Of a stretch of 64,000 nt of DNA, positions 26,736 to 39,065 are shown in pieces. A model generated the notes under the pieces. It was not told the origin of the DNA, made no database searches, and saw only the letters and a program-made list of their open reading frames with translations. Source of the stretch: Camelus ferus (lineage: Eukaryota); assembly GCF_009834535.1 (NCBI RefSeq), contig NC_045697.1, positions 88,600,001-88,664,000 of the forward strand. The letters are read 5' to 3'. Both the position numbers and the translations under genes were made by a program. Position 1 is the stretch's first letter; every line of letters starts with the position of its first letter.

Positions 26736-29329
26736 TCACATTGCCCTCGTGTGTCTGTCCTAAAAGACACCTCATTTTTCTCCATCTTTGTATTTCTGAC
26801 GCTGTATTTTGTTAGCCCTCAGGAAGTCTGTGCCATTTCATAAGATGCTGGCTTAATTAAAAAATCGCTCATTTGTAACATATATACTCAAGTATTTATA
26901 AATATATACATTATATATACCAAAGTATAAAATAAAACATATATTCATATAAATGTGTTTAAATGAATGTATTTTGTATATTTTATACATATATAACTGT
27001 CAATTTTATATAAAAGCCCCTAGAATTCTTTTAATTTAAAATAATCTACATATATTTTTATTACATTTTACTCTAATAAAATACATCTGGTCAATGAAAT
27101 TTGTTTTACTTTTAATTTGTCTGTTAATTAATCCATTCAACAAAGTTAAAGAGCTCTTGTTACTTACCTGCTAGTCTTCCAGATTCTAGAGAAATGTAAT
27201 AATAATAATAAAAAGACAATAATTACATATCTAGTTCTTATGGAGCTTACATTATAATTTTTTTCTCTCATTTTTGGTAAAAGGGCATGAAATTTTTCTT
27301 TGCAAAGAAAAACTGAAGAATAAAAACATAGTGACTTAAATCGTGGAGTAAAAACAGGCAGTTTATGTGATTTTTCAGAATGTATTTAGGTGCCCCATAA
27401 GCCTTACTAAATAGTCATCTCAGTTTGAATTTTTAAACTTTCTGACATTCCTCTCATTTTATTAGGAGCATTTTTAAAATTTAGTTGAAAAAGACATAAA
27501 CTATTTTAAACCATGAGTAATTAATATGTTTCAGAATCTATCAGTCCTGTGTCCACTTTTGCTTGTTGAAAACCGGTTACACAGTCTGCCAACCTCATTT
27601 GTCATACAATTGGATCCCGTAGCCGTAAACTGTTTCAGTTAAAAGTTTCCGTATATACTTGCAGTTTTCTCCCTATATACCACACGAATGAAAACGCTCC
27701 CAGATTCAGGTTCTTTGTTTTCACAAATTATAGTGAACTTATTAGGCATTATCAGAATTTATAAAATATTATTCAATTTGACAAAAGAAAATGACATCTT
27801 GCCAATTTGATTTAGATTTTTTTAAATGATTGAGCTTGAATACCTTTTCATATGCTTATGGGTCATTTGTATTATTATTTCTTGTTTTTGTTAATCATCT
27901 ATTTGCCCATTTTTTTTCAACAGGAATCATGGTTTCTCAGTCTTTCTGTCTGTGATGTATGTCGTAAACTTTTTCTTCCAGCTTTTTATTTTTCTTACTC
28001 TTTATCATATTTTTCCATAGAAAATTTACATTTTTCATATGTAGTAAGTTTTCTTCATGAGTTTTTATTTTGCTTGGAAAAATTTATGTCTCCAATTTTT
28101 TTAACAACAAAATATGGCATCAAATTCCGAAGAATATACAGCTGGCTGTAATATTTTCCAAGTATCTACATAGATTATTCTGAATATATCACAGGTGTTT
28201 AAGGAGAGCTCCTGATAAAGAACTTTTTAAGGGGGAGAAAGGCTTACATCCTATATCCGCCACAAGTTTTTAGTGGATTCAAGTGCTAGATATGTAAGTC
28301 CTTTGTGAAAAGAAGGGCTTCTATCTGTGTGATCTCTTCTCTCTCAAAGTTATTATTACATAGAGCATTAGCTTCTTGAATCACAAGATGGGGTGCTTTT
28401 GAAAGAGTTTCAGTTTCTTTGTGGTCGGTTCTCAGGAGTCTGATATTCACTGCATCACTCCCCTGCCAGGCAGAATGTGAACAGGTAATGGCATCAGGAA
28501 TGGAAAGGCTCACAGAAGCTGGGGTCAGTGGTGATTGGATATCGCATCATCCTGACAGTCTGTGAATTTATTTTTAAGGAATTTGAGTGTGCCTGAGGAC
28601 AAGGAAGGACGACTAGGCTGCTGTCTTCTGATGGCCCTCAGCAACTCAGCCCTGACTCCAGCTCACAGTTCTTACACTTGAAATTCTCATTGGAGGAATG
28701 GACATCCTGCTGGTAAGAGATTCTAGAAATAAAGATCCAAGTTTTTCCTCTGCCATTTATGGGAGCACTATTTCAGTGGCTCTTGTGGAAGGGAATAAAG
28801 CGGGGAAAAAAAGTGCCAAGAAATTAAAAAGCAGCAAAAGCAAAGCCCTGTCTCTAAAAGAATCTACCCTTGATAGCAATCAAGTTATTGACCAACTACT
28901 AGTCTTAAGCAAGTCTCTAAGGAATCTGATCCTCTAACTGGAGGGGCTTGTCAAGCTCTTTCTTCCAGTTGTGTGCTGCTGCAGTCTTCTGGGGAGCAGT
29001 TCTGGTAAATACAATTTTGCCTCTCAGTATACATCCTTCTCGGATTGCTGCCTCAGGCATCTGCTTTACTGACCCGCTCCTTAATCCACATCTGTTGACA
29101 GAAAATCGAAGCCGCTCACAGAAATTAAGTTGCGGTAGAGAGAGGGGGAAAGGGCAGACATATGTTCTAATGACACAGAAGCAAGGATGAAATGAGCTGG
29201 CACGATTCAGGGAAGAAAAGCAGCAGCAAACACCTCACGAAGTCACAGAACCCATCCATTTGACTGGAGATCTTGTGCCTTCTTTGAGGCAGAGTCCAGA
29301 GGAAACTGATGGACGATGCGGGTACTCAC

Positions 29330-29429
29330 TGTAGCGTGTTCAGCGCCAGTTCAGTCTACTAATGGCACCACCTTTGACATGATGGACAGTGAAACAAGGT
29401 TGAATTAATAGGCATTTGTGATCTTTCAC
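29330..29429 (-). other. Candidate 100-nt non-coding exon
   Basis: Minus-strand acceptor aatccttttttcag (29430 onward) and donor ACA|gtgagt (29324-29329). Stops occur in all frames. It lies in apparently unique sequence. Confidence 0.35.
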
Positions 29430-32228
29430 CTGAAAAAAGGATTCACCCACATTTTTCTTTTTGTTCTGCCAATAATTAACGTACCATCAGAACAATTGAA
29501 GAAAGGAGTATTAAAGGGAAGTCAGTTACTCCTGTACTGAGTGTGACTTCATAATCTGGAGGAGCACTTTTGATATGAATTCAAGAAATAATAGAATGTG
29601 TACATTGTGAAACAATCAGCTTTTTGAAATTATGCAAAAAAAATAAATAAAATTATGCTTGTGATTCTGTCTATGTGGTGCTAAATTTTTACAGTGTTTA
29701 ACTGATCTAATCTCTTAAGGGTAATTGTGTTTATTCTTTCTCTCAGTATTCATTTCCAAGGTGCTGGGAAACGTGACAGCTTCTCCTAGCACTTGATCTT
29801 TGTAATATCAGTTCTCAGTCTCAAAAGCAGCAAAATCTGACAGCAGTTTACAATTCTTGCAGTGACATACTGAGAAGATTAAATTGTCAAACTTGTAATG
29901 CTTTTTTTTTTTTTTGATAGCTCTTTTCTTTTGGGAAACTTTAAAATAGGAATTCAGATTTTAGCAAGAGAATTAATTATAGCCCTTCAGTTAGAGGGGG
30001 TACTATTGATAAAAGTTTGTTCAGTAATATTAACTCTATCTGTGTAATTTAATTCTGAAGAATATAATAAGACAAGGTAGATCTTAACGTATAAAGACTG
30101 TTATCACATAAAGTAGACTGTAAAAACAAATGGAGATATTGAGCTTTCTTATTTCAGGCTTATCCAAAAAAGTAGTGACTTCAGTCTGAGAATTAGAATT
30201 TAAATATTCTTGAAATGTCTTGTAGTCATGATCTCTCATGCTAGTTCCAAAGATTTGACAAGGGAATAACCCAATTTTAAATGGGGTTTAAAGTTTAGTT
30301 TAAAAATATACGGTGAACAGTATTTTTCAAGTACTGAGATGGAATACCCAGGTTTACACACACACTTTACACATATACATTTTCCATGCATTGTTTCAAA
30401 CTATTAAGTAGGTATCACGCAGTATAATTTGCCATGAAGACGCAGAAACCACCACAAAGACGACTTAGTCAATGACCTCTGTGGTGTAAGATTTCACTTG
30501 GAAGCCACTAACAAAAACTCTTATTGCTGTCTATTCATTCTCAAGTCTGCTGCCCCTGAAGTACTTGAATTAAACTTCTCTTTCACTTGTAAATCTCACT
30601 CTAGTGGCACACATTGGAAAAAAAGGGGACCCTACTGAGAAGGGATTCTAGAACTGATGCTCCAGGTTTTTCCTCCACAATTCAGGGGAGCACCATTTAT
30701 AGTGGTTGTTGTGGAAGGGAAGAAAGCTGAACTGACTGCCATCTAGCACAATTGTGCGGGATGTTTTACATCACGCTAGGGCGGTTACAATGTAATCAAT
30801 AGGTGACCCATTCTATGTTCTGTTTAGGCATTAGAATGACATGAACAGATTTATTTTTCAGAAATCAGTGATGTTGGTAGAATATATTTCCTTCTAATCT
30901 TCCTTCCCTGTCTGTTCTGTTCATCACTTATTTAGACATAGAGATCAAAATCTTTTGATTTCCTGATGACTCCAATCTTTTTCTGATGACCTTTTTATTC
31001 TCCTAATTCAGAGTTAAATATTTGGTTTGGTCCAGCTCCTGTGTGTCAATTAATTTAAAGATAATTCTGTTTAATAAGCACATATGAGTCACCTACCATG
31101 GACTTGTCAGTCTTTGAGACTAGAGACAGTAGATAATTAAAAATGAATAAGTTAAATGAATAATTAAAAATTATATATTATCTTTAGTCTTTTAAGAGAG
31201 ATTAGATTTGCAAAGATGGAATAATTATATATGAAATACTTTTAGAATTATATAAACTAAATGATAAATTAAAGTTGACTTCGTACAAAAGATGCTAAGT
31301 TCAAAGTAAAAACAAAGCAAAAAGTTTGGCACTAAGATCAGTGTTGACTTTTTTCTCCAGGAGTCTGGAGGATAGATGAGGTGATTAGAATTTTTCTTTT
31401 GGTTGATTGAAGAGGAAAGAATGTGATCCTTATAAATGTGAATTGTTATAAAGAACAATTAAAGAAGTATATAAGAATGCAATATGAAATTGTAGATTGT
31501 ACTTCTACAAACCTCTCTCACAGTTCCAGTTTTCAAGATTTACCAGTTTTCATCACTGCATATTTGCGTAAGTCTGGTGCATTCTTCTGTACTTCTGTAG
31601 TTCCAAGTCTATTTATTGACTTACCATCTTTAAGTTGTATCTCATCATTTTCTCTCATGGAGAATGAGGAGCATACTTAACACTTCTCCATTCCAATGGC
31701 CTATTCCCTTTTCTCCAATATTTTCAGTTATTTTGTTTTGCTATTGATACACTTTATAACTTAAATCCCTATTTCTTTGTCCATCAAATTCTGAAAGTTC
31801 CTATTATGTCTCTATTAAAAATAGTGAAGAAATTAGTCTGCCTCCAATTCTTTACCTAACTTAAACACTCAATTCTGTGTCACCATTATTCTTACATTGT
31901 GAAAAATTAAATTATAGAGTTTATATTCTCATCTATAACTTTATTAAATCATCCATGTTTTATTTACAAGTTAATTCTAAAATCTGACAACGATGAAACT
32001 GCACTTAAAATATTAAGGTTGTTGGAAGATTAATCTTTACAGAGATAAATCATGTGATAAATATCCTGAGAAACCATCAGTGAGGAAAACAACAAATAAT
32101 GTAACAATAGTGAGGTGAAAAATGAATACTTTCCCCGAATTCCACCAATTAAGAAAATAACTCCAAATTTTTGTTAGCTTCAACATTTTGTTCATGATTT
32201 CTCCACCATTTGTTTACCTTGGAATTTC

Positions 32229-32367
32229 TTTTTTTTTAATTTTTAATTTTATTCTTCAAATTTTATTTTATTTTGTTATTATTTTTTTAATGGAGGTGCT
32301 GAGGATTGAACCCAGGACCTTGTGCATGCTAAGCATGTACTCTACCACTAAGCTGTGCCCTCCCTGC
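32229..32367 (-). mobile_element. tRNA-Ala-derived SINE (camelid Vic-1-like)
   Basis: Minus strand GGGAGGGCACAGCTTAGTGGTAGAG...CTTAGCATG...GGGTTCAATCC...CTCCA followed by an A-rich tail, with A and B boxes. Perfect 14-bp TSD taccttggaatttc (32215-32228, 32368-32381). Confidence 0.9.
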
Positions 32368-33094
32368 TACCTTGGAATTTCAAATCGTGTTCAGTTTTGT
32401 TGACAAGTATATATCTATGTGCCTTATGTGCTTACCTTAGAACTAAGATTATTCTTCTGTTCAGTTAAATCCAGGTCCTTCTTGAGGTATAATTCTTGGA
32501 GCTTGTTCAATTATTGTTCTAATTTTGATCAGTTTATTTCTTGGATTATCAAATGGCAATCCTGGGATGTCTTCTTATTACACTTAACAGGTGAAGAAAC
32601 TTTCACTGTTTCTTGAAATTTGTGATGTCTACTCAGTTGTAACCATTTAATTCTTACTGTGTTCTATTGAAACTTATCCTCCAGTAACTTTTCAAAAAGA
32701 GGTCAAGGAAAGTAAACTTACCCATTAATTACAAGTATAAAAATATCTTTAATTTGTCCTTACACTTGTCCAATAATTTTGATGGTAATTGGCATTCTTT
32801 TTTTTTTTTTTTTGGCATTGTTACAAGTTAAAATTCTGAAGTCATTCTTATTCTTTACCTCTGTGTGATCTTTTTTGTTGTTTTCTTAGTTCTCTGCTAA
32901 TCTTAACGATTCTGTGATTTGTCTGGAGGTGGCTTTTTCAGCTACTGAATGGGTATTTAGTGTGATATTCCCATTTTATGCTTATGTCTTGCATTATTGT
33001 TCTACTAATTTTCACCTCCATTTTGTTTATTCTATCCAGGAATTTGCTCTAAAGACTCTGCTAATAAATATTCAGAAGAAAATGAGAAGCAAGG

Positions 33095-34409
33095 TATAGA
33101 TGATATATATCATGTTAGAAAACACCTAAATTATCATAAGCACACTGATGGAAGAAATATGGACCATGAAGGTAATGCTGGGAGAGCTAAAATGGAAATA
33201 AGAAATACATTATTGGAAACTGGAGACAACAGTATCTAGTGTTGTAAAGTGGCAGAAAAGTAACTGACTTGTGTTCTGCGGTTGTGTGGCGAGCAAAACA
33301 TGGACGTGATAAACTCAGACACTTAGCAGAGATTTCCGAAAATAGGATTGAAATTACGACTGGCTCCTTCTCACTGCCTAGAGTAAAATATGAGAGGACA
33401 GAGGTAGATTGAGTAAAAATCTGTTAGGCAAAGATCACCTAGAACTTGATGATCTGGGAAATTCTCAGTCTATCCAGACTGCTAAAATTAGGAGACTCAT
33501 TGCTAGGAAAGCAGGCTCCAGAGAGTAAGCCCAGAGCATGACTGGACAACCTTTCGCGAGTATCTGGGAAGGACTAAGAGGTCAGAGTATTCCTTCACAG
33601 ACAGGGCTTTTTGAAAGATTAGGTCCATGACTCAGGGATTGCCCTTAGTCATTTTAGCAGAATTCAAAAATAGAGATGAGATTATACAGGAAAGGTCGGT
33701 GGAGGAACCTCTTGTCTGACTGAGTGACTCCAGGGCACATACACTGGAGATGTACAAGGCTCCTGAGAATGCTGTCTCAGCAGAAACACTGCCAGCTTGG
33801 ACTGAAAGGGACAGACTAAGGACATAATAAAACAAGACTATGAGATTCGCCCAATTCTACTCAAAGGAAATAAGCAAATAACACTATTGAGCTACAGAAA
33901 TGTGCTATCCTTCAAGAAAAAGGTAAAGTCAATCCAAGGTCAGAGACCGGGGCTCAGATAGAGGAGACCTAAGATGCAAACGATTACACGCAGGCCTTGA
34001 AACCTACGGGAGTTTGTTAGGCTGCATTCTGAGATCTCCTGAGACCAATGACTCCTCTTTTCCTTGTATTTCTTCCACTTAGCATAGTAATGTCTGTAAC
34101 TGGTATCTTATGCCTGCCCCATCGTTGCATTTGGAAAGTAGATACCTTGTATTCTAGATTCCTAGGTCTGCATATGGAAAGGAATTTTGCCTCAAGATAC
34201 ATTATACTAAGGGCCTCACTGTAGCTAATGTAGATGATTTAGATGATACATTTGGGATATTTAGGCTGATAAGACTTAGGTGAGATTTGAACTTGAGTTA
34301 ATGATACTAAGTTAATGAACTTGAGTTAAGGTTTTGGTGGAGTTCAAGAGGGAGTGAATGCATTTTGCATGTGGGACAAGTGTGAATCCTTGGGTGCCAG
34401 GGGGCAGAT
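33095..34409 (+). mobile_element. MaLR MLT1 internal region
   Basis: MLT-int motifs (attggaaactggag, tgttgtaaagtggcagaaaa, gcattttgcatgtgggacaagtgtgaat...gggggcaga) ending in a PPT-like stretch before the LTR. Confidence 0.75.
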
Positions 34410-34828
34410 TGTGGTAGGGTAAATCGTGGCTGCCTGAAGAATTCATTCTCCTCCAGAATCTATTAATGTGTTGCCTGAATAGCAAAAGGGACTTTACAGG
34501 TATGATTAAGTTAAGGGTGTTGCCATGGGACAATTAGCCTAGATTATGCAGATGGACCTCATGTTGTCACAAGGGTCCTGGTAAGAGGAGGGTCAGGGTG
34601 AGAAAAGAAAAGAAAATGTGATGATAGAAGCAAAGATGGAAGCGATATGGCCACAAGCCAGGGAATGCAGGTAACTACTAGAAGCTGGAAGAAGCAAGAA
34701 GCAGATCTCTAGAACTTGCTGACACTAAAATTTAACCCAATGAAACTGATTTCAGACTTCTGTTCTCTGGAACTGTAAGATACTAAACTGGTGGTACTTT
34801 GTTACAGCACAGCAGACGGTTATTAAAA
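34410..34828 (+). mobile_element. MLT1C/D-like LTR (3' LTR of the preceding internal region)
   Basis: Begins tgtggtagg; contains agggactttacaggtatgattaagttaagg, ccacaagccagggaatgcagg, gaagctggaagaagcaag, ggaactgtaagata and tttgttacagca. Confidence 0.8.
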
Positions 34829-35079
34829 GAGGAGTGCTATGTATCGTCCCCATAACTCTCCACTGTATTGGTTGTGTGGCCAGTAACCTTGAGGAATGGA
34901 GAAGTCATGGCACTTGGGGCCCAAAGAAATATGTGGAATGTGAGGCTGCTGCTGTGACCAGGGTAGGAGCTTTTAAGATTCAAGTTCAGTGCTTTAGTTA
35001 GTGCAATCATTGCCATTGATGCAAAGAATAGTATATAATTCCTCATGTTAAATAGCGTATTCATGAAAAAGAAAAAGAG

Positions 35080-37265
35080 AGTACATTCACCAAATTCATT
35101 TTTTGAGACTAGTTCAGCTTTGCGACAAAAACCATGATAGAATAATATGACAAAACCAAATTACCAACCAGTCTTCTTATTAACATTAAACAATCTAAAC
35201 AAATACTAATAAATCAAACATATGATGATCAAGTGGGATTTACACTAGGTACACGTAATTGATTTAATCCTCAAAAATTAGTCAGTGTGAATCATGACAG
35301 TAACAGATCTAAGCAGAAAAAAATGTATGATTATTTTAAAAGCATAAAAAGTGATAGCTAAAAATATCAAATTAGGAAATATTTATAAGGACAGCTCTTT
35401 AATTTTTATAAAAGAACCTACATTTAAAAAATCGTACTTAATAATGATACACTGAAAATCTTATCTTTCAGAGAGGGAATAAAACAAATATGTTCATCAT
35501 TGCCACTTCAGTTCAATTAAGTTCTTATTAGAGGTCTAAACCAGTGTGTTAACAGAAGTAAAAAAAAAAAATGATACGTCTAAAGATTATAAAGAAAGCA
35601 CCCTTTATTTACCACTTATGTCCATGTAGTTGGAATTTGAAAATATTTATGAATACATTTTTGTGTAATATGAGAATTTAGGAAGATTCTGAACAGAAAA
35701 ATCACTACTTCTCTGAAAAATATTTTGTATTTACATGCTAGAAATTCACAACTAAAAATCAAATTTTATAAAATTTTATTTTAAATCATCAAAAATATTT
35801 CATAAGAAATATCAAATACTATGTGCAATTTATTTATGAATAAATATAATTATTTAATAGAGGAAATTAAATATGACTTAAATAAATGGAAAAATATACA
35901 AAGTTCATGGATTCAAACACTCAATATTGTAAAAATAGAAGTTTTTCACAAGTTGATATATAGTGCTTACATAATTCAATCCATTTTTTTCTTTTTCCCT
36001 TTCTTTATTATTTAGAAGTTGAAAGGCTGATTCTAAAATTATTTTGCAAATGTGAATGCTAAAAATATAATAGAGTATTCTTGAAGAAAACAAGGAAAAG
36101 TTGAAATACTTGTTCTTCCAGATAGTAAGACTTATTAAAAAGCTTTGGTAATCACGCCTTGGTGTATACCCTAGAGAAATGAAAACAGAGAACCACATAA
36201 AGGCTTTTATTTTCATAAAAACAATATTTATAATAGCTAAAATTTGAAATCGACATGTTGAGGGTTGAATCGTGCTCCCTCAAAATTCATATATTGTACT
36301 CTTAACCCCTAGTACCTAAGAATATGACTTTACTTGGAAATAGGATTATTGCAGGTGTAATTAGTTAAGGTGAAGTCATGTTGAGGTAGGGTGGGTCCCC
36401 TAATCAATATGACTGGTGTCCTGATGAAAAAGAGAATTTTGGACAAAATACACCTACATGGAGAATGCCGTGCAAATGTGAAGAGAGACTGGGGTGATGT
36501 GTTTACAAGCCACGTAATGACAAAAGATTAACAGCAAACCAGGCATGGGACAGATTCTCCATAGCTTCAAAAGGAACCACCCTAGCCAACACCTTGATTT
36601 TGGACTTCCAACCTCCAGAACAGTAAGACAATCAATTTCTGTTTAAGCCACCCAGTTTGTGACTAATACACAACCCAAGTGTCAGTCAGCTGATAAATAA
36701 CTAAACATATCATGCTTCGTCTTTATAGGTGATGTATGGAATGAAGTACTAATATCCACAACTACAGAGATGAATCTGAACAACATTAAGCTGTGTGAAA
36801 GAAGTATAACAAAATACAATATTCTGTATAGTTCCATTCATGTGAAACTCTAAAAAGTTAATGCTAGTAACTTGAAGCAAATGAGTGGATATCTGGGGGC
36901 TGAGATTCAGGAAATCGGAATGACTTCAAAGAGGCATGAGGAAATTTTTTGTGGTGATATAAATCTTCTATGTCTTGATTTTAGTCGTAATAACATGGTT
37001 AATGCATTTGTGCTATCTCATCAAACACACTATTAGTTGATAAATTTTATTGTATGTATATTGTGTTTCAATACAGCTGGGTGTTTCAGCTCAGGAACAG
37101 ACAAAAACACCAAGGAAATATAGTAGATTTTCCCAAAACAAACCCATATATGAATGGATACTTTATATATGACTGAGGTGTCACAGTAGAATGGTGGAGG
37201 AAAGGGTGATGTTTTAAGTAAATGTTGCTGAGCATATTAGATATCCATAAGGAAAAAAAAAGGCC
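35080..37265 (+). mobile_element. Ancient L1 (L1ME/MD-type) ORF2 and 3' fragments, interrupted by MLT1
   Basis: gatcaagtgggatt, aaataaatggaaaaatatacaaagttcatggatt...ctcaatattgtaaaaat, ggtgtataccctagagaaatgaaaac, gatgaatctgaacaacatt. Confidence 0.7.
36256..36670 (+). mobile_element. MLT1B/C-like solo LTR
   Basis: tgttgagggttgaatcgtgctccctcaaaattcatat...ggaaatagg...gactggtgtcc...ccaacaccttgattttggacttcca...gtttaagccacccagtttgtg...ctaataca. Confidence 0.85.
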
Positions 37266-37267
37266 TT

Positions 37268-37612
37268 GTTGAAGACAATTATATTTAATCCCTTCTCACA
37301 ATTCTTTCCCACTCTAATCTGGCCACAACTTCCATGTGGACAGAATGTATATTCTTGTCTGAATAATTTTCATCTTGGCCATGTAGTTTGCTTTAATCAA
37401 TAGAATGCGGGCTCTCCCAGCCTGAGTAGGGGATGAGGTTCATATGAAACAGACTGGAACCAAATCTTCAGTCTGGAAAGCCTAGTTAAGCCATTGCTAA
37501 ACCACATACAGCAAGAATGAAGCCACAGACCTGTGAATGAAAAATAAAGGTGACTGTTGTAAGTCACTGGAATTTTAATGTTGTGTGTTACCCAGAAAAA
37601 TCTTATTACTGT
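37268..37612 (+). mobile_element. Old MLT1 LTR remnant
   Basis: cttggccatgtagtttgctttaatcaatagaatg...ccacagacctgtgaatgaaaaataaa...gttgtaagtcactg. Confidence 0.55.
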
Positions 37613-38839
37613 AGACCCCTACTTCACAACATACAAAAAAAAATCCATCTACATGTGAATTATATGTAAGATGACCATATATTTTATCATCTAAATTGGG
37701 ATGTTATTAAGAATGAAAAAGGTACCATTAAGTATCCTGAGCAATAGCACAAAAACAATTGCAACTAAAAGACTCTTCACATGTGTGTGGAAAGCACTCA
37801 GGGCCAAGAAGCCAAAGAACTGGATTCACAGTGCAGGCTAAGTCAGTTTGCTTGAGTCCTTGTTTCCTCACCCATAAACCGAAGGGGAAAACACAAGCTC
37901 TTTCTACTTCTCAGGACTTTTGTAAAATCAAATGAAATAATGTGAGGACACGTTTAAAGGTTTTCATGAAAGAGTTCTTGTTATTAATGGACACTTAATC
38001 ATTAATATCATGTTTTGGAAAGAATTTTTGTTATGGTTGCCATTTGATCATTTGTTAAGGAATGCAGGCAGGTCTTTTGATTTATGCCTCTAATTCCAAT
38101 ATTCAGTTACAAATAAACATGACTTGTTTGCTAATAAAATACTGTTACGTGGATAGTGACAATATGCCTGATACATGAAGTTATTGTGCTGGTATATGTG
38201 TATGTTTATGTTTTTATGTACTTACAGTTATGTGGATATATTTAATAGACTTGGACTTTGTAAAAAAGATAAAAACTAAAGACTGCTTCAACGTATTAAC
38301 AGATGGAAAATGTGGGAAAAGAGTGAGCCATTGTATGATTAAATTGTCATAAAACAAAGAAAATGCCAAGGACTGTATGATTTTTAATTTTTCAAAATCT
38401 TTCCCAAAGAATCAACTTCTCTTTAGTTAAGTGATGACTTAAAAAATTTAGAACAAGCACTTTGTAACTTCTGACCTCAGGTTTTATTTCTTCTTCTGTA
38501 ATACGGAAATCAAAATAATTATTCCTTAATAACTTTACACAATTCTAATTTTTAACACTATATTTTTATGCAGACTATTTATGAAAAAAGTCAACTATTC
38601 AACTAGTACAGTCTGAATTGAGTAAACTTTTCTTAAAAAGGGAAGGCTATGAAGAAGTAAAAATGAGTAAAAATGAAAATATTTTGTCTGTAGTACTAGG
38701 TGTGTCCTTCCTTAAGCAAACATTGCATTTTTGCATTAATATGCTTGGTAAACACTTGAAAATAGTTTGATGATTTTTCAGTGTTGTGACAGTTTTTAGC
38801 AGGATTACAAGTCTTACAAGTGGAACTCTGAGTGGTATA

Positions 38840-39065
38840 GAGCAGTCAATAGGCAGTGTTGGGGGCATGAATTTGATGTAGAATTGAATCCTGGCTTTCT
38901 CCTAACTGAATCAGACACGTTACTGGACCTTTCCAAATCTCAGTTTCCTCACCTGAAAAATGAGGGTGCTGACATCTACCTTTTTGCATTTGTTGTAAAT
39001 TATACAGTAAAAATACATGAATTGTGCAGGTCATTTTCTGGCTCATAGCAAGCACCTGGAAGCTG
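38840..39065 (+). mobile_element. MIR SINE
   Basis: ttgaatcctggctttc...ctcagtttcctcacctgaaaaatgaggg...tctacct. Confidence 0.65.

Noticed and set aside
32290..32367. Functional tRNA-Ala gene
   Set aside because: The A-rich tail, 14-bp TSD and stem mismatches identify it as a SINE.
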